Positions 22,530 through 36,212 of a stretch of DNA of 64,000 bases are shown in pieces (within the stretch, counting starts at the first letter, position 1; each line of letters begins with the position of its first letter). Source of the DNA: Nageia nagi (Eukaryota > Plantae > Pinophyta); contig JBITNC010000001.1 in the NCBI GenBank assembly GCA_050084985.1, forward strand, positions 137,392,001 through 137,456,000, written 5' to 3'. The notes below the pieces were generated by a model. The model searched no databases. It saw only the letters and a list, made by a program, of their open reading frames with translations, and was not told the origin of the DNA. Both the position numbers and the translations under genes were made by a program.

Positions 22530-25500
22530 TCCTTTCAAGAGGAGGTAAGTTGCACTATCTCACCTAAATGTTGGATTGTTTTCCTTTTCTTGATCGTGTG
22601 CAAGCGATCATCGACTAGTAGGAAAGGTTTCCATCTTAACAGGACCTTACTGCTATATCACATGGTAGATTGAACTCGATTATTTTCATTATCGCATTCT
22701 TGTGTACGAACAAGAACAATGCTACTTTTTTGTGAGATCTCTTATTTCAAATGAGAACAGTCCCTTCAAGGTGGTAAGTGCTCCTCCAATATCTTTAACT
22801 TCAATGTCATTTTGGCAAGTATTTAGCTCATCATCGGAGTCTTCCTTTACCTCAAGGACTTCAAAATATAGATTTTGGACCTTTCCATTACATCAATCTC
22901 CTCTCTCCCATGGATTCTGGTAGGTGAAGCAAAATTTTTGCTTCCTTAGATCTTCACAAGTTGCAAAATCCATTTTGTTAATAGGTTTTGAGGGACGTAA
23001 TGAAGGTCTTCCTCATACGGGTCTCTTGCTTGCCATAGCTATTAGAGAAGTTATCATCATTGGCTTTGTGGCAACTCCCTTGGGTTTACTAGACCCTTCC
23101 AGTAATAGTGCCTTGCAAATAGTTGTTGCCAACATTGGAGGTTCAATGGCCTTGAGTGATGAACTCATTGGTTCTTGTAACCCATCCATGAAGAGGTATG
23201 TGAATCTCCCATTATCAACATTTGGGATGGTAACTGTAATTCTTTGGAACTCTTCTATCAAAGCCCCAACTATGGTGGTTTGCCTGAAATTTGTCTAGCA
23301 CTCTTTTGTTGAATTCCTCAAATGACTTGACATCTACATGGCCTAGTGTAGTGAGACCATTATGTCACCATTTGTAAGCTAACCCATCAAGACACATTGA
23401 TGTTGTCTTTATCCCCTCTTCTTTGTCCTTTGAGTAGAGTGAGAAATAAGTTTGTAGTTTCTATAACGAAGCCCTAATGTATATATTTTCTCCTTAGGCA
23501 AAGGTATTTTTGGTCTTTTATCATCTGAATGCTTAGGAACCTTCCAATGTTTTCGACTTTGTGCCTCCCAAAAGGTATGAAATGGGATGGTTTCTCTAAA
23601 GGAATCAGGCTTATCCATGTATTCTTGTAGCACTTCCTCCATTCTTGCTTCGTTGAGCTCAATTTTTGGGGTTTGCTTTGGTGTAAATAATGATTTGGTA
23701 GCCTATAATGGTATTTGTCTAGTTGATCCCTCATTTTTTGCTAGTGTACCTTGATTATGTGGTTTCAATTATGCTATGATTTGATTCATGAGATTGATCA
23801 AAGTGTTTAACTTTTGATCTTCCATTTTGTCCTCTTGCCTCCTATTCCTACACTGGTATTGTTCATGAATTTCAAGGTGCATGTGATAGCTCTACAAATT
23901 CTTCTAGGTATCCAACAACTCACTCTAGGCTTCCTTGATGTGCCATGTCTACCTCCCAGTCTCTAAAATGCTAGATGAATGGCTCTCTGGTTCTCGGGAT
24001 GTTCAACGACTATCTCCCAACTTCTCAATGCCTTAATGAATTGCCTCCAGCTCCTAATTTTAGAATTTTTCTCTCAAAAATGGTGTGCTCTCCTTGCACT
24101 CCAACATTTGGCTTTATAGTGTCTTAAAAATATTTGAAATTTGCTTTTCACATTTGTATCTTGCTTTAACTCCAAATTTCAAATTTTCTCGAACACAAAA
24201 TTAAACTCCATACTTCTCCTAGTTTAATTTTCTTGTCAAATTAAATTAAATAAAATAATTCCATATATATTTTTTTTATTTTCTCTTTGTTTGTCCCACA
24301 TAGAAAACTAAATAAATTCCATAAATAATTTTCAAGCTCAAAATAAAATTGCACAATTAAAATTGCTCAAAGCAGAAATTTAATTCCTTCCATGGTGGAT
24401 GATTTGATCCAATTGCCAAACTAATCAAGCTCGTGGGTTATGGGCTCAAAAATCAACTTTGATTCATGTTGTGCCTCCTCTAAGCTCAACGTTCACACAC
24501 AAATAGCCTGAAACACTAGATTTGATGCAAAATAACTCAAAATCTCATCAATGCATGCCAAGATCCCAAACATCCAAGCTTCATTAACCAAATTTTGCAA
24601 ATCCACAACTAGTTAAGCCTCCTCAACGCTCAATGTTTCCTCTTAAGCCTCCATTATGTCATTAGCAAGGCATAAATATGTTAAATTTCAAAAATTAATC
24701 CTCAAAGAAACCAAATGATCACCTCAAAAATGCAAATGGTCTCAAAAATGTCAAATGACCTCCTTAAATAGCCTCAAAATGGCCAAATGAACTTAGATAT
24801 AGGCTTCCTTAGCCCAAAAGAACTCCATTTTTCTCCCCAAACTCAAATCTAGGCTCTCCAAAGCCATAACAAACCTCAAATTTGATGGAAAATAAGCAAA
24901 ATTTAGAAAATTACCACTCACCAAGATAAGCAATCCTCCTTAAAACCTTCATAATAAAAAATGTAGTCAAATTACGTCCAACAAACTGCCAGAAGTGATA
25001 TCTAGCCTTTTAGACCTCCAACATAGGCCTTCCAATGACTATATCTAGTAGAAATAGTGCCCAAACCTCAAGGTCAACCCTCTAGTGTCCAAACAAACTA
25101 AATTCAAGCTTCAGAATGCTCTCTTAACCTCCAAATCTCGTCCCAGATCTCCTCAATTCTTTAATACCACTATAATCTCAAGTCAATGCCATTGTGATGT
25201 CTCAATCCTCCTTAGATCTTCCAACAGTATGACAAGATCTACTCAGCAACTTCTCTCCCTCAACTTCTTTAGAATAAACTCTTAATAGTCCTTTTTGAAT
25301 TCACCCTTCAGTAATTGAAAAATTCCTTCAAGATCTAACCCACAAGAATGGCAATATCTTGGCTTTGATACCACTGTGATGAGCCTAACTTGCGATCACT
25401 AGAATTTCTCCTAAATCCCTCAAGTCTAGACCAACCAAATCCATCAAATGTGCCCTAAGAGAGGGACATTGGCCTTCACAACTCCAAATAGCACAAAGCA

Positions 25501-25953
25501 AGCTCAAACTATGTAAGAAAACCCAACGTCTAACCAATATTGGCAATTAAGCATGAAATAACCTTAGTATTCCCAATGTCTAAGTCCAGGTGGCAAATAA
25601 TCAACAAACAAGATCTCAAGCAATAGCATAAAATTATCCAATGCAGGGGTTTAGTAAGCAACATCACAAACAATAACACATTATAGCACTTCTAGATCCA
25701 ACGTCTAGACCAAGATGAGATAATAACAAGAATATAGCAGAATAATGTAATTGTATTCGAATCTAGAAATGTTAGTGAACCTTAATTACGATATTGATGC
25801 TAAAGATTGATGCTCCAAGGCTTAGTATCCATAGTGTGGCCAAGCGTGCACTAGGGCTTCCTTCGTCAACAGTTGTGGTGGGATATCAGAGATCCACTTG
25901 CAGTATTACAATATTTCAAGGTAATGCCATCATTCTTGAATAGTTAGCTAACA
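22530..25953 (-). mobile_element. Ty3/Gypsy retrotransposon 5' half (5' LTR, PBS-Met, gag remnant)
   Basis: LTR 25953 to 25375 (TGTTAG...ATCACA), PBS TGGTATCAAAGCC, gag pieces 23409-23642 and 23013-23261 ('YLFMDGLQEP'). Truncated before RT. Confidence 0.8.
25361..25373 (-). promoter_or_regulatory. Primer-binding site, tRNA-iMet type
   Basis: TGGTATCAAAGCC, 1 nt inside the LTR end. Confidence 0.8.
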
Positions 25954-25955
25954 AC

Positions 25956-28900
25956 TTGGATAGTTGCACTAAGTCGCTTAGAGGAGCATCTTACATCTTA
26001 ACCTTCATTGATGACTTTAGTAGGATGACCTTTGGGTATCTACTTGAGCACAAAGATCAAACCTTTGAGAGTTTTAAGATTTTTAAAACCTTTGTTGAAA
26101 ATCATAATAACCTTAAAATCAAGATGTTGAGATCAAATAATGGAGGAGAATATAATAGCAATGAGTTCAATAACTATTGTGCTAAGTATGGAATCAAGAG
26201 GCAATTTACAATTTCATACACTCCTCAATAGAACGGTGTTGCCGAAAAGAAAAATAGAACAATTATGGAGATGGTTAGATGCATTTTGGGTAATCTTCCT
26301 AAATTCTTGTGAGGTGAAGCTATGAGCATTGCTATTTACACCTTGAATAGGTGTCCCACAAAAGTTGTTCAGAGTAAAACTCCTTTTGAGGCATGGTTAG
26401 AAAGAAAACCTAACATTTCATCTTAGGGTGTTTGGTTGTGAAGCTTTCTCTTACATTATTTCTGAGAAAAAGAAGTTGGATAAAAGAGCTAAAAAATGCA
26501 TCTTTGTGGGTTATGACAATCAGCATAAAGACTACAGGCTCTACTCGCCAATCTATAAAGTAGTGTTCATTTCAAAGGATGTAAAGTTCAATGAACTTTT
26601 TTAAGTATCTGCCTCTAATAAGAATATTGATGATCCAAAGGACTCTTCAATTGCTCCTAGTTGATTGGATATTGATGTAAACAAGTCACCTCAGGAACAA
26701 AATTCTCCAACACAAAAGGTAACAAGAAGCATAACTTTGAAGAAATCCTTAATTGCTAAGATTGACAACAAGCTTGAGCCCTCAAACTTCAAATAAGCTT
26801 CTAAGTACGAGTGTTGGATGGAATCTATGAACATGAAATATGAGACACATAAAAAAATAAGATTTGGGACTTGATTCCTTATCCTAATGAAAAGAATGTG
26901 ATTAGTAATAAGTGGATCTACAAGGTCAAGTTCAATTCAGTTGGAGATATTGAGAAATACAAGACGAGGTTAGTAGCTAAAGATTTTGCTAAGAAATACA
27001 GTGTAAACTATGAGAAAATTTTTGCTTTCATGGCAAAGATACCTACTGTGAGAGTTATTCTTGCACTTTCTGCAACTCAAGGATGAAAAGTTTTTCAACT
27101 TGACGTCAAGAGTGCATTTCATAATGGTTACTTAGATGTGGAAATCTTCATGAATCAACCAGAAAGGTTTATTATGAAAGGCAAAGAGTCCTTTGTGTGC
27201 AAGCTAAAGAAATCATTATATGGACTTAAGCAAACACCTCGAGCCTAGTACAAAAAGATTTCAAAGTACTCTGTAGTCATTGGTTTCTTTAAGTGTTTTT
27301 CTAACTCCGATCTATATTTGCTTAATCTAAAAAAAGATGTGGTCTTGATTCTCCTTTATTTGGATGATCTTTTTATTACTGGAAATAATGATGAAATCAT
27401 TAAAGAATGCATATCCAAACTTAAGACAACATTTGAAATGATTGATCTTGATCTCTTGCACTACTATCTTAGAATGCAAGTGTATCAATACAAAGATTGT
27501 ACTTACCTCAGTTAATCTAAGTATATATCAGACATTTTACAAAAGTTTGGAATGGAAGAGTGTAGATATGCTGCAATCCTGATCTATCCTGGAATCACTA
27601 TTTCTTAAAGCTCTAACTCTCAATTAGCTGATGCTACAACTTACAGGCAATTAATTGGTAGTTTTTTATATTTGACTATATCTAGACCAGATATTACTTT
27701 TGCAATAAATCTGATGGCACAATTTATGCAAAAACTTTATGTTGAGCATCTCAATGCTGTTAAACAAATCTTGAGGTATGTTGCAGAGACTAAGGATCTT
27801 GCTCTCAAGTATTCTAAGTTGCCCTCGTTTGTTCTCTCTAGATTCTCAAATTCTAACTATGGAAGAGATAGAGATGACAAAAAATCAAACTTAGTGTATA
27901 TGTTTAGCATTAGTTCAGATGCTATCTTTTAGGCTTTCTAAGAAGCAATCTACTATTTCTCTTTCCATCATAAAAATCGAATATCGTGTCGTGTCTGTTA
28001 CAACCCAAGAAGCCATTTGGCTAAGGCATCTTCTAAAAAAAATTGGGTATGAGCAAGGTGACTCATCTTTGATCTCTTCAGATAATCAATAGGCTATTTC
28101 TTTGGCTAAGAATCCAGTGTTGCATTAGAGAACAAAACATATGGAAATCCATGCCCATTTTATCAGGGAGAAAGTTCTTGATGGCATCATACACCTGGAG
28201 TATTGTCCATCCACCTTGAACTTCGTTGATTTGTTCACCAAGCCCCTTTCGAAAGCTCAATTTTATAAGCTTAGAGATGCTATCGAGTTAGTGAAGTTGC
28301 CCTCAAAGGGGAGTGAAGTTTGAATTCTTATGTTGAATTCATGTTTGTGATGACTTCACCCCTAGAAGGATTTTGTACTGTATAGCGTTGATTTTGTTGT
28401 ACCCCTTCATGGTAAGTTCGTTTTGCATGAAGAACTTGTACAAATTGATCAATCTAGCACTGTTCAGTTATCCATGTGTGAAGAACTCTTCTATGTCTTT
28501 TGACACTGTTTAGTTATCCATATGAAAGGAACTTATATGTGCATACTTTATTTTTGATCAATCTAACATTGTTCAATTATCCATGTATGAAGAACTCTTG
28601 TGTCTTTTAGCACTGTTCAATTATCCATATGTGAAAAACTTGTATATGCATACTCTATTTTGCAATGATAATCAACCCATGTTTTATATACAATAGGTGA
28701 CTAAGTTTTTTAGCATGACATCTTCATGATGACTTATAGTGCACCATTTTGATCAGTTCATAATGGCATTTGTGTGATTCATCTATCTTTGTTGATATGA
28801 ATATGATGCATCTAACTGATCTTGTTATTTGAGTTACTTATGACTTGCAAATTCCTTTGAGATTGCATATTAATTACCTTAGGTATGCAGGCTCTTGGAA

Positions 28901-29664
28901 ACTCTTCATGACTCCTAGTTGGATGATTACTTTATGTATATTGAAACCAATTATGATTAATGATTGTATTTGGCAAAGTAGTGAATCTCAAACTAGATCT
29001 TTCTTACTTTACAAATATGTAAAAAATTCTCATCTCCATTGTATCTGTTTGGAAAACTCTTACTTTCTCTTCTTCTTCTCTCTTACTGTCTCTATCCCAA
29101 TATTGCATCAAGGGGAGTGTTGGAATGTATAATGCATTATTGTAAAGATTTGTATTAAATTTTCTATGTAAATTCACTAATACTTAAGGGTATCATTTGA
29201 TACCTTAAGTATTTAAGTGACTATGATAATGTAAGTTGTCATACACTCCATGTCATGAGCATGCCCCTTGGGTAAAAGGATGTGCATGTCATGCTTTTGA
29301 ACATTGAAAAAAAAGATGATTCAAAGAGGGATTTTGGCTTATAAATAAAAGACTTCCTCTTTGTGATTACATACCAATTATGGAGTAAAATTATGCTATA
29401 GGATAGAAGTGTAAAAGTTGAGATTAAGATTGTAAAAAAATTGTATTTGTGATTGAAGTAAAGATCTAGTTAGTGGATGTACTCCTAGTTGGAGGAACCA
29501 CCTACATCTTGTGTTACCTTTGTGAGATTGCTTTGTCTGATAGTTAGATGTGCATTAAGAGCTTTCATGTGATCTTAGTTGATTAGGAATTATCTTGTTA
29601 GTGTTAGTTCCTTCAAGAATCACCTAGGTTTATGCTCTACCTCAAAAGAGGAGCAATTATTACA
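25956..29664 (+). mobile_element. Ty1/Copia retrotransposon 3' half (INT-RT-RNase H, 3' UTR, PPT, 3' LTR)
   Basis: INT 'FIDDFSR...LRSNNGGEY'; RT 'KWIYKVK', 'YLDD'; RNase H 'KHMEIHAHFIRE'. PPT AAGGGGAG then TGTTGG at 29118. LTR end near 29664 is approximate. Confidence 0.9.
28430..28662 (+). repeat. Higher-order tandem repeat in the Copia 3' UTR
   Basis: Four copies of CACTGTTCA.TTATCCAT.TG..GAACT arranged as two dimers of about 107 bp. Confidence 0.8.
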
Positions 29665-29711
29665 AAAGAAGCCCATTAATGCCAATATTACAATTATCAA
29701 GGCTAAATATA

Positions 29712-32700
29712 TGTAGCATGACATTAATGGTGACGAATATTGCATTTACAATAAATAATTGCCTTGATATTTTAATTACACAATTATTGGCATAAAAATA
29801 TAAAATAATTCCTAAAATACTAAAATAGGCCCCGACATCCCATAATTGGAGTAATTAATTGTTCTTCAAGTGGAACTTACAATAATTGAGCATAAAATCT
29901 ACTAAATTGCCAAAATTAATTAAAAATACTCCTAATCCAATGTTCCCATTTATCAGAGGTGAAATGAGAAAAACACTATAAACATGTTGACATTACACTT
30001 AAGTAGTAATCAGTTTTTGCCTTGGTGAAGTATCTTGCCTGAGTGAAACATCTAGCCTCCTCTTTTTGGCTTGTTCTCTAGTCTCACTTGGACCTCCTTA
30101 GTCGTCATCTCTTTCTAAAGTGTGTGCAAATTGTTCATGAAGGGGAGACCTCTCATGGTGTGGCCTCTTAGCTGCTAGTCATGGGGTTGGACTCTTTTTC
30201 TTGCTCCTTGATGAAGAAGGCTTTTGTAATGAAGATTTTTGTACTTGTCCAAGTATCTCAACTAATTCATATTTTTTCTCGGTATCCTTAGTACTTTCCT
30301 CACCGTCATCATCAACTGTATTAGTAGAATGTGCATCAATCTCTCCTTCCTCCATCGAAGCATCTGGTCCATACTCTGAGCTTAAGGATGAATTCAACCT
30401 TTGGGTCGTTGAACTTAAAGGTGGAAATCAAGACCCTTGTGTCTATCGCGATCTTTCTAAAGGTTGATCTAGGAGAAATGATTCCCTCATTATGTCTCGA
30501 CTAGGCCCAACTTTCCTATGCATGGAACATGTTCCAATGCATCCATAGCGTCAGCATACCCTTCTTTTCTTAGATTTTCTAACTCTCGTTGGACATGTCT
30601 TTCCATCTTCTCCATTGGTTGTCTTGAATGCATAGATGTATATTGTCCCAATTGTGCTTGTTCTTTGCTTGAAGAGTGTAAAGTATGTTGTGGTATGGAC
30701 ATCTCTAACACCCTAGACTTTGTAGTGGAAGGAGACATGACAACTTTCTCATGTGGCATCTTCCTCTTCCTTTTGGCTTTTTTCTTGCACTTGGATGTGG
30801 ATCCTTCCTATTTCAACATCATTACCCACATTCTTAAACAACTCTTCATCCCCAAGGGGTTTGTGACAATATTATCTCTTTCTTTCCTTCATGTAGAAGG
30901 CATGTATTATATGATCGAGATCATAATGGTCAACCTCGTCTACCTTTGCAAAGCCATAGCATCCAAGCTATTCTTCCATGCTCTCCACATCTATCCAATA
31001 AGGAAATTGATTCTCCCCTACTATGACTAGCAAGTTGGTGGTGGCAAACTTCTTATTCTATACATGTTCATGCAAGTACATTACATGTCTCATCATCTCC
31101 ATCAACATCAATATATTGCTGACATATCCGAGTAGCAAATATGGTGCTACGATAAACCCAAATATTCTAATATATGATGTGTTCAGATCCTACAGGAAGA
31201 AATCACCATATCTCCTGAAAGCATCTTTTCCAAGGTGAGATGTTCTTTGAACTGGCACTACACCCTTTATCTTTGTGTATATCTCATACTCACATCATCA
31301 TTCCTTATGAAGAAGCTACTCCACCACCTCTCGATCTTCCACTTGGGATAATATTGTCATAATAGGTGAGTTCCTTTTCTTAATATGTCCTCTTCGCCAA
31401 AAGCCAATTTTATATCCTTGCCATCAAGAAGCAAGTATACCAAATATGAGTTCATGTAGAATCTCTTTGCAAAATCCATGGAGAATAGTTGATTAGCAAT
31501 TGTGTCATTGATGATCCTACTCCATTTGATTCTCTTCCTTCTACTTATCATGATGATGAATCCAAATAACTGCTTCCAAAACTTGGAATCATCTTCCTTG
31601 CCTAACAACATGCTAATGACCTTGGAGATTGTGGGGATGAACCATGTCCGCTTAGCATTGATCAATAGATTCCCCTTCAACTCTTAATGCTCATTGAACA
31701 TCCACTCTCTAATCTAATCACTTGACTTGGTGGTCTTCTAGTAAAGGGCAAGAGACTCCTCTTCAGTGTATTCATAGTCAACTTTTTTGGTCCATTGAAA
31801 AGGCTTCTTTACCCCTTTTGTGCTGAAATCCATGATCATTTCTCCCTTTGTATTGTGAAGAACTCTCCCTAGTCAAAATTTTCACTCACTTCAACACACA
31901 ACTTCGAACACAGGACAATGAATGGTATGGCTATAACAGTAATCAACCCCAAGTACAATAGATCACACCTCAAAGCTTCTTTATTCAATCCAAAGACTCT
32001 TTCAAATATCCTCATTGGGTTAGTGTTTTGCCAATCAGTGTCTCCAATGTTGGCAAGACTAAACTTAAAGAAGTGACCTCCTGACAATAGGGCTTCAATG
32101 CTCTCATCCATCTCAATGAGACTATCTTTCATCAACCTCTTCAACTCTATGGCAGGCTCCTTGGTGGCGCTCCTCTTAAAGTGCTTATTCAACACAAATG
32201 AACTCACAAATTACACAATCCTACACACCCAACACCAAAAATTTTGAGCTTTCGAACTCATGCCCTAGATCGCTTCTACTCTTCTCCCAATCAAGTGCAC
32301 ACTTGTGGAAGAACAAGTGAAATTGTGATTTGAAAATGAGCCCACGCCCCCCCTTATTAGCAAAAATTTGGACAATACTTCAACTTGGTCGACCAAGATT
32401 AGGCCAAAAAAATTAACTTAAATTTGATCCCTCCAAATCTGGCCAACCTTGGGATTTGTGCCAATCCAATATGTTCAAATTCCAATTTTTTTTGCCCATG
32501 CACCTAGACTAGAACCCTTTTCTCCTTGAGTGCATCTCTCCAAAAGTCATGATTTGGTCTTTTTTTTTATGCGCTCAACCTGGAGACACCTCCACCTTGG
32601 GCGCACCTCCCAAAAATACATAATTTAGTTTTTTTGTGATGTGCTCCTCTCATTGGGCAATTTTGAACTTATTTTGAGGTCTTGGAGCTAGTACTTAGTA

Positions 32701-33466
32701 ATTTTTTTGCTTTTGACCCACCTTGGAGCTCTCCCAAGCTATACGCATTGCTTTAAAAGACATAATCCAATCTTTTTTTCTCTTGCGTTCAACCTAGAGA
32801 CACTTCCCATCTGAGCACACTTCTCCAAAATATAAGATTGTCTTTTTTCCTCGTGCTAGCATCCTTGTGCACTTTTTAAGTGATTTTGGGTGTCCCAAAG
32901 CCACGTCTTAGCAAAATTTCCACTTCAAACTCATCTAGAAGGTCTCTCAAGCTTGGCACATCTCCAAAAGTCATAATTTGGTCTTTTTTCTCCATGCACT
33001 TGCTCCTTGGGTGATCCTCATCTTGACACATGTCTCAAAAAGTCATGTTTGTGACATTTTTTTTGGTGCACCCATCTCCTCTTTGCTTTGTCACCTGGAT
33101 GCATTTGAGAGAGATAGTTTCAACGCTTAGACACTTTTCTTGGACACAGCCAAATCTCTAGGCTCTTGTACTTGTTTCTTCCATCTTGACTCACCTCCTA
33201 GACATGGGTGCACTTCACAGAAAGTTATACCTCAATCTTTTTTTATGATGTGCATGACCCCTAGACTCTCTTATTTTCTAGGCCTAGTCAATTTTTCAAC
33301 TTCTTCAAATATGAGTTCACTTGACTATGACTCAAAGGTATGTACAACAATGGGCACTTGATGGGGTTCAAGTGACATGGACAAGATGGGTGAAACTCTA
33401 GCTTTCGATGGTCCTGACTTTACAAAAAGTTGGGTCCTCAAAATTGTGAATTTTAGGGTGTGTTAT
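29712..33466 (-). mobile_element. Tat-related fragment carrying only the extra ORF and upstream tandem repeats
   Basis: ORF pieces 31869-32207, 31357-31680, 30490-30759 and 30179-30397 are homologous to 41.8-44.1 kb (shared 'KRFYMNSYLVYLLL.GK'). Diverged repeats of about 95 bp at 32.5-33.25 kb. No pol seen; boundaries uncertain. Confidence 0.65.
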
Positions 33467-36212
33467 GGAGGCACAACAGGACCTTCCACATGGGTGTCTT
33501 CACACCCCACTTCTTCCAACTCCCCTAACAAGAAGTTTTGTAGTTGCTTTCAATATAAGGTGAAGCAAAATTATGAAATGTTCTAAGAAAGGACATAAAA
33601 GGCAGATTATGCACAAACAAAAGGACATTAATTGGGTAGTATTTCATGAAGTTCCACAGTTGTTTTCAATGCAACACAAAGAAAACATATGAAACATGGT
33701 GGGAAAGAACCTAAAAGGCAGATTGTGCACAAACAAAAAGACATTAAGTGGCAAATATTGTACCCTAAAACACAATTATAATTATATAACCCATAACAAC
33801 ACAACTGTTTATAATATATTATGAAAATCAGCTTTCATTGATGTGTATGATGTACACACTTGAATGAACAAATGAATCAAATGGAAAAGGGACATCACAT
33901 CACCTATACAAATGCCAAACAATAAGCAGGTAAATCCTGTGTGGAGAAGCTAATCTACCACTAGTTCTTCAAATAAAGTAAATAATAAGAGAACTTTTGA
34001 GAACACAAGTTGGCCACTCAAAAGTCTTGGCAAATAACTGTATTGGTGATTTATACTACATCCCAACAAATTTGAAACCATGACTGTCTGTGGAACACAT
34101 TTCTCATGTAGAAAATGAATGTTGCTATTATTACATCTGCCAGACATTACATGAACAATCATGTTTCATCTTGCTTCGACTTGACGAAAGATTGGACCAT
34201 TGGTTTGCTATACATACAATTATTGTTTGTTAACTAAACTGTTAAGTTTTATGTACTTCAAAATGCCAAGCAACTTTTTCCAGAACTGTAAGAGTTGCCA
34301 GATAATCTCTTCTCAATCTTGTGCTATAAATATACATATTCTGCACAATTGAACAACATTGAGATGCTTAGAAAGCATTGAAGAATAGTTTCTCCTAAAC
34401 ATGAAATTTGGAGTTATTCACACATGATCAGAAATTTCTAATAAGCATCAACTGCTTCTCCTGAAAGAAGAAATCGAAAAACAATAAAAATTTACCTCCA
34501 AATATTCACTGGAAGCATGAAGATAAGCATGTTCTTCACATTCCTCATTAAAATAGTTCACAGAATCTGGAGGCCCTATAAGAATTAATTCAACATGAAA
34601 TCAACTAGCATGCAAACAGAAAAATGAGGTAATGACATTATATTTTTCTATTGCAGGCAAAAAAATGTGGAAAAAATCTGTTCTTAGGATTCTCATCAAG
34701 GATATTCTTCAAAACAAAATGTGGCTATACATTATACAAATACCTTTCCGAGGAAGGTGCATCTGCACACTCTAGTCATGCTAAATACAAACAAGATAAA
34801 GTTCTCACAACATATGCGTGCACAAATGCAAAGAAATGCTCCCCAAATGCCTCCTTCATTGGATATGGATGGCAAACTCTACATGCAACTCATGCAATAG
34901 ATTGTCTTGACATCACTAGTAAACAATAATATCTTTGGTTGCAAGACTCAAGTTCCGATTCAGGAGATTTCTTAAGTTTCCTTTCAAACAGATTAAGAAC
35001 AAACTATCTTCTATAAAAAGTCAAATTATTCTGGTAAGTTACCTCTTGGAAGCATAATAGTTTTAACTGAAAATACATCTTCCTTCTGAAAATTTGTATC
35101 ATTATGTGAAAATCAGACATTAATTATTTATGATTTGCATGGAGATTAAGCAGACTAGAAGTATTTAATCTAATAACAGATATAATATGATATATTCAAC
35201 AGAGAAACCAATAAGGTAAGTAAAGCTTTATTCAGAAACCCAGATAACTGTTTAGCTGGCTTTTGTTTTGAATAGATTAAATGTTTATGCATCAGGATTG
35301 CAACACCTCTCATTCTTGACACAGGCAAAGAGCTGAAATGCAAGGAAATACCAAAAGAAAATGAATTCTACAGACTTACATATTCATTCTTCAAAAGTTT
35401 CATATGACAATTTATACATATATTTCAACCATGAGATATCAACTTGTCTTCTTTGCCTTTGCCTACTTTTACAATTGCATCTTACTTCTTTTAAAAAGAG
35501 TTTTCTTGCTCTCAAGGAGAACTACTTAAGTAACCAACAAAACTATACTATTTGTTCCTAGCTTACTTGACCCTCAACAAAGCTATTTGATTTGTTCTCC
35601 ACAAAACCCAATTTACTTGCTTTGTAAGGAATTACTTTATTTGTTTGATTAAAAAACTACATGCTTTGATTAACTGATATGCTCCTGCATCAATTCTTAC
35701 CAGACATATAAACTCCATATTAATCAGGCTCCATGTTTAGCCTCAAGCTGCATCTTATTGGAAAACTGAGATACAGAATCAATCAATACAAACAAAGATA
35801 CTAAAAATGCAGAATCAGGTATGCAAGCAACCGTTTAGAAGAAATGAGGTAGCGACAGCTCAAATTTGGACTAGTGTTTAGCATGTAAAACCCAAATCAA
35901 AGGCCACCCTGCAATGTCATTTTAATTTTTTGTATTCATCGATATATAATACATGGTTTTAGGGTATATAAAAAAATTCAATCACTGTAGAAAAAGTCTT
36001 GGGGCATTTGACAATGTACGCACAATTAGGAGATCGTGAGGACACTAATACATGCTTTTGTGATGTGGAGTTCTGGCTTATCCTAGTCAGAGAGAGAGAT
36101 ATCAGAGAATAGAGAAAAACATCACCGGTTATTAAGAGGAGAGAGTTCAAATGCCCCTCCTACTGACGATTCTGAAATTGTTCGTGCTGATCCTCCTGAT
36201 GAAGATCGATTT

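Noticed and set aside
30201-31238. Plus-strand ORFs of 71-170 aa, some Cys-rich or hydrophobic
   Set aside because: Antisense shadows of the minus-strand retroelement extra ORF.
35043-35332. Alternative frame 'SLPVSRMRVKTIM' as a histone-fold (NF-YC/DPB3) protein
   Set aside because: The similarity is short and that frame hits several stops soon after.
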